This document shows, one piece after another, positions 20,017 through 29,950 of a stretch of DNA of 47,766 nucleotides. Each line of letters begins with the position of its first letter. The stretch's first letter is position 1. Below the pieces are notes generated by a model. That model worked only from the letters and a program-made list of their open reading frames with translations. It was not told the DNA's origin and ran no database searches. Location: sequence record DRR723986_9818. One strand, given 5' to 3'. The translations under genes were made by a program, and so were the position numbers.

Positions 20017-20424
20017 GGTCTGCTGTGGTGGCTAGAGCGCGAGCGATGCAAGCAATGAGCTTAGTGTCGCTCTGGTCCGCGCGCACCAGAACTTCTGATT
20101 AGAACCGAGTAATAAAATCCGACTGGCTGCACCCTTTTTGCGGGCGGTCGTCGGCGAGCCGTTATTGGAATGCTAGCGGTGATGCATTCATTGCTAGCGT
20201 TGCGAGTTACCGCTCTTCGGTCTGTAAATCAGCTTGGTGAGAGCGAATCTGAAGCTCTGACATTGACTTTGAACTCGAGCAACAATAAAACCCTCAACCA
20301 GAGTTAAGGCGACTGGACGAGCAAGTTTGTTCAGTCACGGAGCGGCCCTGGCGAAGCACCTAGTTCGGTGTAATTGCTCAGCAATGCGTCCTCCTTCATT
20401 CCTTCAAGAGCAGATCGAGCAGTA

Positions 20425-21192
20425 ATGCGAAATCGTCTGAGTGGCCCTTCTAGGCTGACCGACCATCTCGACAACGTGGACCCGCAATTTGCTGGTCTTG
20501 ATGCCCCGACTTTTTCCGATGATCAGGTTTGTCTGTTCGGCCCCGAGCGGTATGAACCGAGCTACGATTATCCGTTGGTTGTTTGGCTGCATAGCTGCAA
20601 CAGCGGCGAACGCGAGCTTGAGAACGTAATGCCCGAGCTTAGCCTGCAGAACTACGTGGCCTGTGCACCGCGTGGGCCCACGGCGTGCGACGATCGTGGT
20701 ACCCGATTCAAGTGGGGTGTAGGCCCCGCGGCCACAGCAATCGCCGAAGAGGTCGTTTTTGACGCGGTTGACGTTGCATCTAGGGAATTCTCTATCCGAC
20801 GCGACAAGGTGTTCTTGGCCGGGTTCGGCAGTGGAGCCACGATGGCGTGGCGTATCGCTCTTCGTTACCCCAACCGATTCGCTGGCGTCGTTTCGGTATG
20901 CGGCGGTTTTCCCGCCGAAGATAGTCCTTTGACCAACTACAACACGGCTCGAGATTTGCCCACGCTATGGATGTATGGCGCTGAATCGGAGCGCTGTGGT
21001 ATCGAACAGGTTTGTGAGTCGCTCCCCGTAATGCACGCAGCCAGTCTGTCGGTAGACATTAGGCAGTATCCCTGTAGCGACGAATTGCTATCGAACATGC
21101 TCTCGGATACGAACAATTGGTTGATGGAGCGAGTTACGGGGCAGGTCTGTGCCGATGAACGTGTGCCTCAAGAGAATCTCTCTCAGAACTAA
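20425..21192 (+). CDS. Alpha/beta hydrolase-fold (phospholipase/carboxylesterase-like) protein, catalytic residues degenerate
   Basis: YPLVVWLH, VFLAGFGSGATMA and RFAGVVSVCG give the esterase topology; start ATG 20425 or TTG 20374. Confidence 0.8.
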   Translation: MRNRLSGPSRLTDHLDNVDPQFAGLDAPTFSDDQVCLFGPERYEPSYDYPLVVWLHSCNSGERELENVMPELSLQNYVACAPRGPTACDDRGTRFKWGVGPAATAIAEEVVFDAVDVASREFSIRRDKVFLAGFGSGATMAWRIALRYPNRFAGVVSVCGGFPAEDSPLTNYNTARDLPTLWMYGAESERCGIEQVCESLPVMHAASLSVDIRQYPCSDELLSNMLSDTNNWLMERVTGQVCADERVPQENLSQN

Positions 21193-21312
21193 CACCTGCT
21201 GCCTGGTGATGCCAGCCTCTCGTACGCTGGGGCTGTCGTGCCTTCCGGTAGATTGAGCAAAGCGTTTTGCCTACAATGTGGCTTTGCTAGCTGCTGTTGC
21301 TGAGGCGGTTCA

Positions 21313-22227
21313 ATGCCACTTGGGATTCGCCCAACTGTCGACTTTGCGTTCAAGAAAATCTTCGGTTCTGCGCAGAACTCCGATGCGGTCATTGGTTTGC
21401 TCAATGCTATTCTGGCATTTGAAGACCCCATTGAGCGTGTAGAGATCCTCAATCCCTTCAGCTATCAAGAGTTTGCTGAGAACAAGTTCATAGTATTGGA
21501 CTTGCGATGTCGCGACGAAGCTGGACGGTGGCTGAACGTCGAGATGCAGGTTTCGGCATACGCAGGCATGATCGAGCGGCTCGTGTACTATGCGTGCAGC
21601 ATGTATGTCGATCAATTGTCGGCAGGCCGGGACTATGCTCTGGCCACACCCTCCATATCTATATGCTTGCTCAGTCACGTGCTATTTGAAGATACTCAGC
21701 AGTCACACCATCGATTCCAAATGATGGATCGAACCAGTGGTCGGGAGCTGGAAAATGCCGTCGAGGTGCATACCGTTGAGCTGACAAAGTACGATCTCAA
21801 TGTGACCACGATTCAGAATGCGAGTAAAATAGAGAAGTGGGCATTCTTGCTTCTGCATGCTCAGGACTATGATGCGGACGAGTTGGATCGAATGCTGCCT
21901 GGCGAGGGGTTCAAGGAAGCCATCGAGACGATTGAGGTCATCTCCGCTAAGACCGAGGACAAGCTGATGTACGATCAACGAGAAAAAGCTCAACGCGACT
22001 ACCAGTGGGCGATTTCCGGCGCTCGCGAAGAGGGTCGCGAGGAAGGTCTTGAAGAGGGCGAGCGACTGGGGTTGGCCAAAGGGGCAGTGGCGGGCAAAGT
22101 TCAACTGGTAGAAGAGCTGCTTGGACTGAAGCCCACGAGCCAACCTGACCTGAATCGATTGAGTCTCGAAGCTCTGACCAATCGGCTTGCTGAATTGCAA
22201 CAGCAGCTTCGTGACCGTCAATCCTGA
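21313..22227 (+). CDS. Rpn family recombination-promoting nuclease / PD-(D/E)XK putative transposase
   Basis: DFAFKKIFG, VLDLRC, NVEMQ, RLVYY motifs; C-terminal REEGREEGLEEG repeats. Confidence 0.9.
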   Translation: MPLGIRPTVDFAFKKIFGSAQNSDAVIGLLNAILAFEDPIERVEILNPFSYQEFAENKFIVLDLRCRDEAGRWLNVEMQVSAYAGMIERLVYYACSMYVDQLSAGRDYALATPSISICLLSHVLFEDTQQSHHRFQMMDRTSGRELENAVEVHTVELTKYDLNVTTIQNASKIEKWAFLLLHAQDYDADELDRMLPGEGFKEAIETIEVISAKTEDKLMYDQREKAQRDYQWAISGAREEGREEGLEEGERLGLAKGAVAGKVQLVEELLGLKPTSQPDLNRLSLEALTNRLAELQQQLRDRQS

Positions 22228-22426
22228 TCTGTGATCTTGATTTCAGGCGATGACTGCGGATCTTTGGGGTTCAGATCCTACAGGCGTTGCAACCGGTAGA
22301 TCTTGAAGAAGATATAGCCGGAGTATCTAGCTTAAGTGGCTTTCTGCGTGCCTCACTGACGCGTTGGCTAGCATTCTGCCGAACTCGAATTGATATCGGA
22401 CGATATCATTCAAGATCGCTAGGCAA

Positions 22427-24856
22427 ATGAAGAAGCTACTTCCATTAATCGGCGCGGGCGTTGGCAGCCTAGTTGGCTTCGGCTTGCTGTTCGCTTGGCT
22501 TTTCGGCGGTGGACTTACTACCGCTGACAAACTTGATACCGCGATGCGACAGCTTGATGAAGGGCGATGGGATCGGGCTGGTAAGATTGCACGCAATCTG
22601 GAAGCCGCTGAGAGTATTGACCCTGAGACTGACGCGGCATGGAACTACGTGCAGGGTGTTTCAAAGCTACAGTCGATTGGCGAAGATCTCGACAGTCCTC
22701 GGAATCGACGCACTCTAATTGACGCGACCGATCACCTGATCAAAGCGAACGATGCGGGCTTCCCGATGGGATATCGGGGCAAAGGTAAGTTCTATCTAGG
22801 TTGGTGCTACTTCAATACCTATCGTTTTCAAGAAGTCACGGAAGTACTCAAGGATGCTGAGCAGCTTTGGCCTCAGCGGCGAAGTGAAGCGTTCCGGATC
22901 AACGTAGAGTCGAACGTCCGCAAGGTGCCGGCTGACTACATTGAGGCGGAACGGCTTCTTAGCAAGTGGTCAGCGATCCCAGGGATGTCGATCAATGAAC
23001 GTTCACAGATTGCCATTGCGCGTGCTCACTATGCGTATGCAAAGTCGAACTTCAAGGAGTGCGAGAAGCATCTACAGGATGTTGATGTTACGTCCGATCA
23101 GTTGCATGCATCAAAGATTTGGCGTGGACGTTGGAGAATTGATGAAGCTGCCGAGCTACCACCCGGTGATGCCCGTCGAGCCGAGTTGTTAGATGAGGCG
23201 ATGGAGATTGTCCGCGGGGTTATGTTGTCGCCTAATGCACCCACCAAGCTTAGGCGGCAGAGCCAGTTCTTGATCGGTCGAGTTCTCCGGCTACAAGACC
23301 GGCTTCAAGAGGCACTGGCTACATTTAGCATCGTCCGGCAGGCAAATCCTCAGACCGCTGAGGCGATTACCGCTTGTCTTGAAGAATCAGAAATCCTTCT
23401 CGCGGACGGGAAGCTCGATGAAGCCGTAAAGATATGTCATTTGCTCTTAACCAATATCGAAGACTTGAACCTGTACAATGGGTACTGGCTATCGGTTGGT
23501 GAGTTAAGAACTCGATTGTTGGAGATTGGCAGAACGCTCAGTCGTGATCGCGAGTATGATCACGTCGTGTTGCTTGCGTCCCACATTGCATTGGCCTTTC
23601 CGCCGTCGGACTCCGTGCGACTGAAAGCCGATGCATTGCTGCGGTGGGGAGATCAGTATCGGTTCAAGCAAGACAACGCGCCGTCAGATGAACTTGAGCA
23701 GTTGAGGGAGGCGGCACGCGAGAAGTATATCCAAGCGGCAGAGCAGTTCGAGCTGTTGTCGCGGTTGGAGTTGCGATCGACCGAGTATCCCGAAATTCTA
23801 TGGCGAGCAGCCAATGCCTATCAGTCGGCGGGTGATTTGGAATCGGCGAATCGTGTTCTCAAGCAGTATTTGATCTACGAGGAACGTCCCAAACGCCCAA
23901 GGGGTTACCTTGCAGTTGCAAACAACTATATGAATCTGGCGCAGTGGCCGCGGGCCATTTCTCAATTAGAAGAATGCATGGCTGACTATCCAGGGCATGC
24001 AATCCTCTACGACGTTCGTCTGTTAGCTGCCAAGGCGAACTATGAGCTCGGCGACACGAACAAAGCGATCGAGTTGCTCGAAGAGAACCTTTTTGATCAT
24101 AGCCTTGCCCCGAAGAGTGATGTCTGGCGTGACTCGATGTTTCAGTTGGGGCTGTTGCGGTTCAATTCTGGGAAACGAGCGCTTCTGGAGTCTCAGGCTT
24201 TAGGCGACGAGCCGGACGAGCGGGATGAGAAACTGGCAGGATTCGAGAAGGCGCAGCGAGAGTTTGACAAAGCGCTCGAGGGCCTGGGCCACGCAAGTAC
24301 GCGATATCAGGGAGAGCAGCGGTTCTACGAGGCGCGGTACCTGATGGCTTCAGCAAAGCAGCAATCCGCCAGAGCTTACACATTACAGGCAGAGAAGAAC
24401 GATGCAATCATCGAGGCTGCTCGGCGAAGCCTGTTGAGTAAGCGCCGAGAAGTTCTTGGGGATGCGCTGGAGCAGTTTAGAGAAATCCGCTCACTGGCCA
24501 ATGGTGAGCCTGAGTTGTTCGATTCACAGGATGCGTTTCTGCAGATCCAACGCAATTGCCTGTTCGGCGAAGCTGATGTCCTGTTTGATCTCGGTCGATG
24601 GGAAGAAGCCTCTGATGCGTATCGCAACTTGGCTGGCCGGTTCATGAACAAACCAGAATCGCTCGAAGCGCTCGTTCGACTGGCTGAGTGTCACCGAAAG
24701 CTTGGAAAACCAGAAGAGGCAAAGAAAACAATCAACCAAGCCGAACAAATTTTGTCACGAATTCCACCGGAGATGGACTCGCAGTTTGTATCCCTCACTC
24801 GGTCTGACAGAGAAGGGTGGGAGAAAACGCTTGGTTGGATGAAGCAATGGGACTGA
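22427..24856 (+). CDS. Membrane-anchored tetratricopeptide repeat protein
   Basis: N-terminal hydrophobic segment; many TPR-like units (LFGEADVLFDLGRWEEA, ALVRLAECHRKLGKPEEA). Confidence 0.82.
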   Translation: MKKLLPLIGAGVGSLVGFGLLFAWLFGGGLTTADKLDTAMRQLDEGRWDRAGKIARNLEAAESIDPETDAAWNYVQGVSKLQSIGEDLDSPRNRRTLIDATDHLIKANDAGFPMGYRGKGKFYLGWCYFNTYRFQEVTEVLKDAEQLWPQRRSEAFRINVESNVRKVPADYIEAERLLSKWSAIPGMSINERSQIAIARAHYAYAKSNFKECEKHLQDVDVTSDQLHASKIWRGRWRIDEAAELPPGDARRAELLDEAMEIVRGVMLSPNAPTKLRRQSQFLIGRVLRLQDRLQEALATFSIVRQANPQTAEAITACLEESEILLADGKLDEAVKICHLLLTNIEDLNLYNGYWLSVGELRTRLLEIGRTLSRDREYDHVVLLASHIALAFPPSDSVRLKADALLRWGDQYRFKQDNAPSDELEQLREAAREKYIQAAEQFELLSRLELRSTEYPEILWRAANAYQSAGDLESANRVLKQYLIYEERPKRPRGYLAVANNYMNLAQWPRAISQLEECMADYPGHAILYDVRLLAAKANYELGDTNKAIELLEENLFDHSLAPKSDVWRDSMFQLGLLRFNSGKRALLESQALGDEPDERDEKLAGFEKAQREFDKALEGLGHASTRYQGEQRFYEARYLMASAKQQSARAYTLQAEKNDAIIEAARRSLLSKRREVLGDALEQFREIRSLANGEPELFDSQDAFLQIQRNCLFGEADVLFDLGRWEEASDAYRNLAGRFMNKPESLEALVRLAECHRKLGKPEEAKKTINQAEQILSRIPPEMDSQFVSLTRSDREGWEKTLGWMKQWD

Positions 24857-24914
24857 TGCCGATGCATGCAGTCGTGTAAAGCGGCTTTCCCGTCTGGCGT
24901 TTTGCCTCTTTCCG

Positions 24915-25496
24915 TTAGACGTCGATGACCGGCTTTATGGTTTGTTTGCCATCAACATATCCTGGTCCGAAGCACAGCGGCTGATACTTTACGTGCACGC
25001 CCTGATCGATGTAATCAGGTGTCCAGCCGCTCGGGTCTTCAAACAGACGAATGCAGCGAATTGCTCGTTCGTCGCAGAGGTTGAACCAGTGCTTTGTTCC
25101 TCGCGGAACATTGATTAGATCCCCAGATTCAACTTCGACTGCGAAGACAGGTCCGTTGTCGGGGTGAATGTGGAACAACCCACGCCCTTCGACGGTAAAT
25201 CGAACCTCATCCTCGGAATGAGTGTGCTCTTTGTCGAACTTGGCAAGCATCGCATCGAGATTTGGCGTGTCGCGGTTGACGTTGATCACGTCCGCTGTGA
25301 CAAAGCCGCCCTTCTCCTTGAGAGACTCGATCTCGGTGGCAAACTCTTGGAGGATCTCTTCATCTGTTGAGTCGGAGGCTAAGCGTTCGCTGACTGGCCA
25401 GTTTTCGTACCAAATGCCGTGAGGCTCCAAGAACGAGCGTATTTCATCAACGTCTGTGATGGTGCGATCTTCGTCTGCAATGATTACTTTGGCCAT
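24915..25496 (-). CDS. mtnD: Acireductone dioxygenase (methionine salvage, cupin)
   Basis: FDKEHTHSEDEVRF, GDLINVPRGTKHWF and IRLFEDPSGW motifs. Confidence 0.92.
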   Translation of the reverse strand: MAKVIIADEDRTITDVDEIRSFLEPHGIWYENWPVSERLASDSTDEEILQEFATEIESLKEKGGFVTADVINVNRDTPNLDAMLAKFDKEHTHSEDEVRFTVEGRGLFHIHPDNGPVFAVEVESGDLINVPRGTKHWFNLCDERAIRCIRLFEDPSGWTPDYIDQGVHVKYQPLCFGPGYVDGKQTIKPVIDV

Positions 25497-25624
25497 GCCT
25501 ATCCCCAACTTGAAAGAACGTCGCTGCCGAATGGGACCTGCGAATTTCCCTTAATCGAACCGCCCATTCTATGCTGATTCACGCCACGAGGGGACAGGAC
25601 TGGTTAAGGCTAGCATCGACGTGT

Positions 25625-26239
25625 CTAAGACGGTCCAGGTTTTCCCAGCCCCTCGTCAGGACCGAAGTCGCGAAGGAACTCGTCAATCAGGGCGTCGTCC
25701 ACGAGTTCTAAGTCTTCTTCGGTGGGCAACTTGCGTTGATTTGGCTGCTTGAGCGGTTGGTGTTTAGCTGGAGTGTCTGTCTGCCGGGAATCTCGGCTGG
25801 GGCTCTCTGGCGGAGCTTCAGGCAGTTCTTCAAGGAGATCCAAAAATTCTTCGGAAGTCGTTGAAGTGGCTCTTCGGCGTGAAGCCTTGGTTCTCAGTCT
25901 GTTGTCGCTCGAAACGACTTCCAATTGTTTAGGGTGCGAGTGCCGAGCGATGATCTCCTCGATCAGATCGTCGGCTTCATCGTGGCTGACGGCGTAGACT
26001 ACTTGAATGCCTTTGGCGGAAACATAGTCGTCGGGGGTGCGCGAACGATGTTCGCTGGCATCGAAAACCACTTCAGTCCGCCGGCATTCGGCACGCGTCA
26101 GCTTGCTCTCAAGCATGGCGACAAATCGCTGCCGAGCGGCGTCGAGCCAGCCTGGTTGGCGACTGGTGCCTTCCAGGCCGCCGTGGAATAAGACGTTGTA
26201 ACCATCGATCAGCAGGCGGGGGTCTGGGCGGTTGCTCAT
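25625..26239 (-). CDS. NYN/YacP-like PIN-fold RNase domain protein
   Basis: LLIDGYNV, VVFDA, EADDLIEE, VVSSD acidic motifs. Confidence 0.85.
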   Translation of the reverse strand: MSNRPDPRLLIDGYNVLFHGGLEGTSRQPGWLDAARQRFVAMLESKLTRAECRRTEVVFDASEHRSRTPDDYVSAKGIQVVYAVSHDEADDLIEEIIARHSHPKQLEVVSSDNRLRTKASRRRATSTTSEEFLDLLEELPEAPPESPSRDSRQTDTPAKHQPLKQPNQRKLPTEEDLELVDDALIDEFLRDFGPDEGLGKPGPS

Positions 26240-26519
26240 GAATGGATGGCTCGTTTAGCAAGCGGCGGGAACAAGAGCTGAACCATAATTGGCAGCGCTG
26301 GGCTCGTATTGACGATCCGTGCCGGGACAATCTTAGCAACGGCGAATGATAGCAAGCAGGTGAATTGCACTTGCGGTTCAACAATGCTGCCGCGACACTC
26401 CACGAGCGGTCGGTCAAGGATGACAGACCAGCGGTTGAAAGCCGTTCGTGATGTCTCAGCAGAGCCATTGTCGACGACTCGATCTTGCCGCATTGCCGAG
26501 ACATATCGGAGGGAACCGG

Positions 26520-27986
26520 ATGACTTTTGCGCTTGTGACTGCGTTGTGTTGTTCATTTGTGACTCAAGGAGTCGGTGAATCGCACACTGGCGGAACGATT
26601 GTCCAGTTTACTCGAGCGCAGTGCGAGCCCTGCAAGCAGATTAAGCCAGCAGTCAATGCCTTGGCGTCAAAAGGCTGGGGGATCCAGGTTGTTGACGTCG
26701 ATCACGATCTGCATACCGCTGAGCTTTTTCGCGTTCAAAACCTGCCGACTCTCGTTTTTGTTGTTGATGGTCGGGAAGTTGATCGAGTGGTCGGATTCGC
26801 TTCACCGGCGGCTCTCGGTCAGAGGGCAGATCGGCTTGCAACTCGATTCGGCGTCGTTTCTAACCAGTCCATAAACGCCCAAGCAAGAGTAGCGTCTGCT
26901 CCTTCAGCCCCTTCCACCCGAGCCGTACCGGTCGGTCAGTATAGCGCGGCCGACCAAAGTCCTAGACCAATTGTAAGAGGGCAGGGCGAATCCACATCCA
27001 GGCTGGCGGTGCCGCCACCACACTCTTCTGCATCTGTTCAGGCACCAACTGCTCAGCCAGCAGTCGGCAGGTCTGTGGCTGACGGTCGATTGCCAATCCA
27101 ACAGGCAATTCGCAGAGCACAGCTAGCAACGGTCCGAATTCGAGTCAACGAGCAGGATACGATCGCCTACGGAACGGGGACTGTCGTCGATGTCCACGGT
27201 GATGAAGCCCTTGTGTTAACTTGTGGCCACCTGTTCCGGAAGATGACTCAGGGCTCACAGCTTACCATCGACTTATATACCGATGCAGGCTTCCAGACTC
27301 TGCCAGCAGTTCTGATTGATTTCATGGCACCTGGTGAAGATTCAGGAGAACTTACTGAGGACATCGGGCTCGTCAGTTTCAAGACTCCGATTCCGATCCA
27401 ACCGGTGCCACTAATTTCTGCGTCCGAAACAGTTCAGCAGGGCCAGGCGGCGTTTAGCTTTGGTTGTGACCACGGGGACGATCCGACGCGGCGCGAGACG
27501 CGCGTTACTAGAATCAACCGATACGTTGGGGCGGCAAACTTGGAAATTGATGGCGCGCCAGCAGTTGGTCGTAGCGGCGGTGGATTGTTCGATCAATACG
27601 GTCGGCTGATCGGCGTTTGCAACGGAGCCCAGCCGGAAGACAACGAAGGGATTTATGCTGCGACTGAGGTCGTTTACAACCAAATTCGTCGCCTTGGCCT
27701 CGACCACTTGTTTAATGAAAATGCACCGCAGGCTGATGTTGTCTTGGCATCTGCGTCCACACCGTCACTCGCACCCAGTTCCGTACAACCGGCGAGTGCA
27801 GGAAGCTCACTCATGTTGGCCGGTTCACATGGGCAGCCACACCAAGCAATGGCCGCAGCGCCGACGCAAGCCACGACAAGCATGACATGTCGAATCGTCG
27901 ACTCGTCTGGCATGCAGCGCGTGGTAACGATTAACAATCCGGATCCAGCGTTGCTCTCTGCTATCGAAAACCATGCGAATCGGTAG
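26520..27986 (+). CDS. Exported thioredoxin-domain / trypsin-like serine protease fusion
   Basis: GGAGGG RBS then ATG 26520; CEPC and VQNLPTLV (thioredoxin); LTCGHL, EDIGL and GRSGGGLF (trypsin triad). Confidence 0.87.
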   Translation: MTFALVTALCCSFVTQGVGESHTGGTIVQFTRAQCEPCKQIKPAVNALASKGWGIQVVDVDHDLHTAELFRVQNLPTLVFVVDGREVDRVVGFASPAALGQRADRLATRFGVVSNQSINAQARVASAPSAPSTRAVPVGQYSAADQSPRPIVRGQGESTSRLAVPPPHSSASVQAPTAQPAVGRSVADGRLPIQQAIRRAQLATVRIRVNEQDTIAYGTGTVVDVHGDEALVLTCGHLFRKMTQGSQLTIDLYTDAGFQTLPAVLIDFMAPGEDSGELTEDIGLVSFKTPIPIQPVPLISASETVQQGQAAFSFGCDHGDDPTRRETRVTRINRYVGAANLEIDGAPAVGRSGGGLFDQYGRLIGVCNGAQPEDNEGIYAATEVVYNQIRRLGLDHLFNENAPQADVVLASASTPSLAPSSVQPASAGSSLMLAGSHGQPHQAMAAAPTQATTSMTCRIVDSSGMQRVVTINNPDPALLSAIENHANR

Positions 27987-28009
27987 CGTTTCAATTGCGA
28001 CTACCAGCT

Positions 28010-28861
28010 TTAGCCGCCATAGCCGCTGTATCGCTTCAGGCCGCGTGCGTAGAGAATGCGAGCGACGATAACTAGGCCGACTAGCCAGGCAAATTCAAGT
28101 CCGATCTCTTGCCACAGATCCTCTGGCGGCACTTTCCCTAGGAAAATGGCCGCTGGCATGTAGGCCAAGTATTTGAATGGCAGGTAGCTGACAACGTTTT
28201 GCCAAGACTCTGGCAGAAGGTCCAGCGGGAACATGTGGCCCGACAAGAAGAAGTTCAGCAGCATGTAGATGAACAACAGCGAGCTGACTTCCAAGAACCA
28301 GAATCCGATCAGGCCAATGCACAGGTCGAGCATGAAGCCCAGCAAGAATGCCATTACCAGGGAAACCACGAACGCACAGATGACGGGGGCGTCGGGCCAG
28401 CCTTCCGTGAAGTAGCCGCGGCATAGGAAAAACACCAACGCAAACGGCAGCGTAGCGATCGTGTAATAAGCCAGCTTGTGGGCAACTCTTCCAAGCAGAA
28501 AGAAACCAATTAGATCGATTGGTTGCACCAAGAACTTCTTGATCTCGCCATCGCGGATCTGCCTGGCGACCGTGGACGCCAAGCCTGGCATGCTAGAAAA
28601 CGCCCGGCCGAGCATCGAAAGCAAATAATAGGCAACCATGTCTGGGAATGAGTAGCCGGCCAAGGTCGAGCTGCTGGCACTACCCAATGATTCAAAGATG
28701 GCCCACCACAGGAAGATTTGCGTAATGATCGGCAGGAAACGCATCAGCGTTCCGAGCGCAAAGTCGCCGCGGTATGCAAGCCGTTCCTCAAGTGCAATGC
28801 GGAAGACGGTCCACCAGCAGAAGGCTCTGGATGCAAGTGAGTGAGCTTGCGACACGATCAA
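28010..28861 (-). CDS. ABC-2 family transporter permease
   Basis: Polytopic; IRDGEIKKFLVQP, FLSGHMFPLDLLP, LPFKYLAYMP; C-terminus YSGYGG. Confidence 0.88.
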   Translation of the reverse strand: MIVSQAHSLASRAFCWWTVFRIALEERLAYRGDFALGTLMRFLPIITQIFLWWAIFESLGSASSSTLAGYSFPDMVAYYLLSMLGRAFSSMPGLASTVARQIRDGEIKKFLVQPIDLIGFFLLGRVAHKLAYYTIATLPFALVFFLCRGYFTEGWPDAPVICAFVVSLVMAFLLGFMLDLCIGLIGFWFLEVSSLLFIYMLLNFFLSGHMFPLDLLPESWQNVVSYLPFKYLAYMPAAIFLGKVPPEDLWQEIGLEFAWLVGLVIVARILYARGLKRYSGYGG

Positions 28862-29886
28862 GCCCCTTCTGATACGCTGGGGTTTTCTACTTGTTCGTCC
28901 GCCGGATTGCTTGCCGAGCTGGCATAGAGATCGGCGATGACTTCTTCCAGTGGTGGATCCTCAACCGAAACGTCCTCTACTTCATACTGGGCGAGAATTG
29001 CCGCAAGCTTCTTGGTGACCTCGCCACGTTCGCACCGTAGGGTAATGCGTGGCAATTCGACCGATTCCACTTCTGCAAACCTTTCTAGTCCTTCGTGCGA
29101 TTGTCCGTCGGCCAATTGAAGTCGAACGATCTTTGCACCACTGAAACTGTCGATTACACCGGAGAGAGAGCCGTCGAACTTGATTGCACCATCGGTGATC
29201 ACGACGACTCTCTTGCAAAGGGCGGCGATATCCTTCATGTAGTGGCTGGTCAACAGGATCGTGATCCCGCGTTGCTCTTGGTAGTACCGCAGGAACTGTT
29301 GGATGTTGTGTTGTGCCACGACGTCTAGACCGATGGTAGGTTCATCAAGGAACAGGACATCGGGGGAGTGGAGCAGGGCGGCAATCAGCTCCATTTTCAT
29401 GCGTTCACCAAGGGAGAGTTCGCGAACCGGGCGCGATAGCAAGTCGCCTACGTCGAGCAACTCTTTCAGTTCGTCTAGAGTTCGATCAAAGTCGCTTGTT
29501 GCGACTCGGTAGATCTGCTGGTGGAGACGGAACGACTCTTGCGCCGGCAAATCCCACCAGAGCTGATTCTTCTGCCCCATGACGAGAGCGAATTTTCGGC
29601 GGTAGGCATTGTCACGCTTCCACGGTGTATAGCCCATCACGGTCGCTGAACCACTGGTGGGGTAGATGACGCCCGAGAGGAGTTTCAAAGTCGTTGTCTT
29701 GCCAGCGCCGTTGGGGCCAAGGAATGCGACGAATTCCCCTTTTTCAACCTTCAGGCTGACTTCGCGGACGGCTTCAACTGTCCGGTACTCTCGGTGCACC
29801 AGGCTGCGCAGGGAGGCCATTAAGCCTTCCTTTTTTTGGTACACCTTGTAGGACTTGGTCAGTTTGTTAATTTCGATGATGGACAT
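28858..29886 (-). CDS. ABC transporter ATP-binding protein
   Basis: GPNGAGKTT, LSLGERMK, FLDEPT, LTSH; MGQKNQLWWDLP subfamily motif. Confidence 0.95.
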   Translation of the reverse strand: MSIIEINKLTKSYKVYQKKEGLMASLRSLVHREYRTVEAVREVSLKVEKGEFVAFLGPNGAGKTTTLKLLSGVIYPTSGSATVMGYTPWKRDNAYRRKFALVMGQKNQLWWDLPAQESFRLHQQIYRVATSDFDRTLDELKELLDVGDLLSRPVRELSLGERMKMELIAALLHSPDVLFLDEPTIGLDVVAQHNIQQFLRYYQEQRGITILLTSHYMKDIAALCKRVVVITDGAIKFDGSLSGVIDSFSGAKIVRLQLADGQSHEGLERFAEVESVELPRITLRCERGEVTKKLAAILAQYEVEDVSVEDPPLEEVIADLYASSASNPADEQVENPSVSEGA

Positions 29887-29950
29887 AGTCAGCGATTATA
29901 GGGTCCTGACGATCGACCGCTACGTGCCAACGCCCCGACAGGAAATCTTA

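Noticed and set aside
21313-22227. Rpn gene as an insertion sequence
   Set aside because: No terminal inverted repeats or target duplication seen; the family is not a demonstrated transposase
26236-26556. 106-aa minus-strand ORF abutting the NYN gene start
   Set aside because: No recognisable motif; overlaps the start and RBS of the divergent thioredoxin-protease gene
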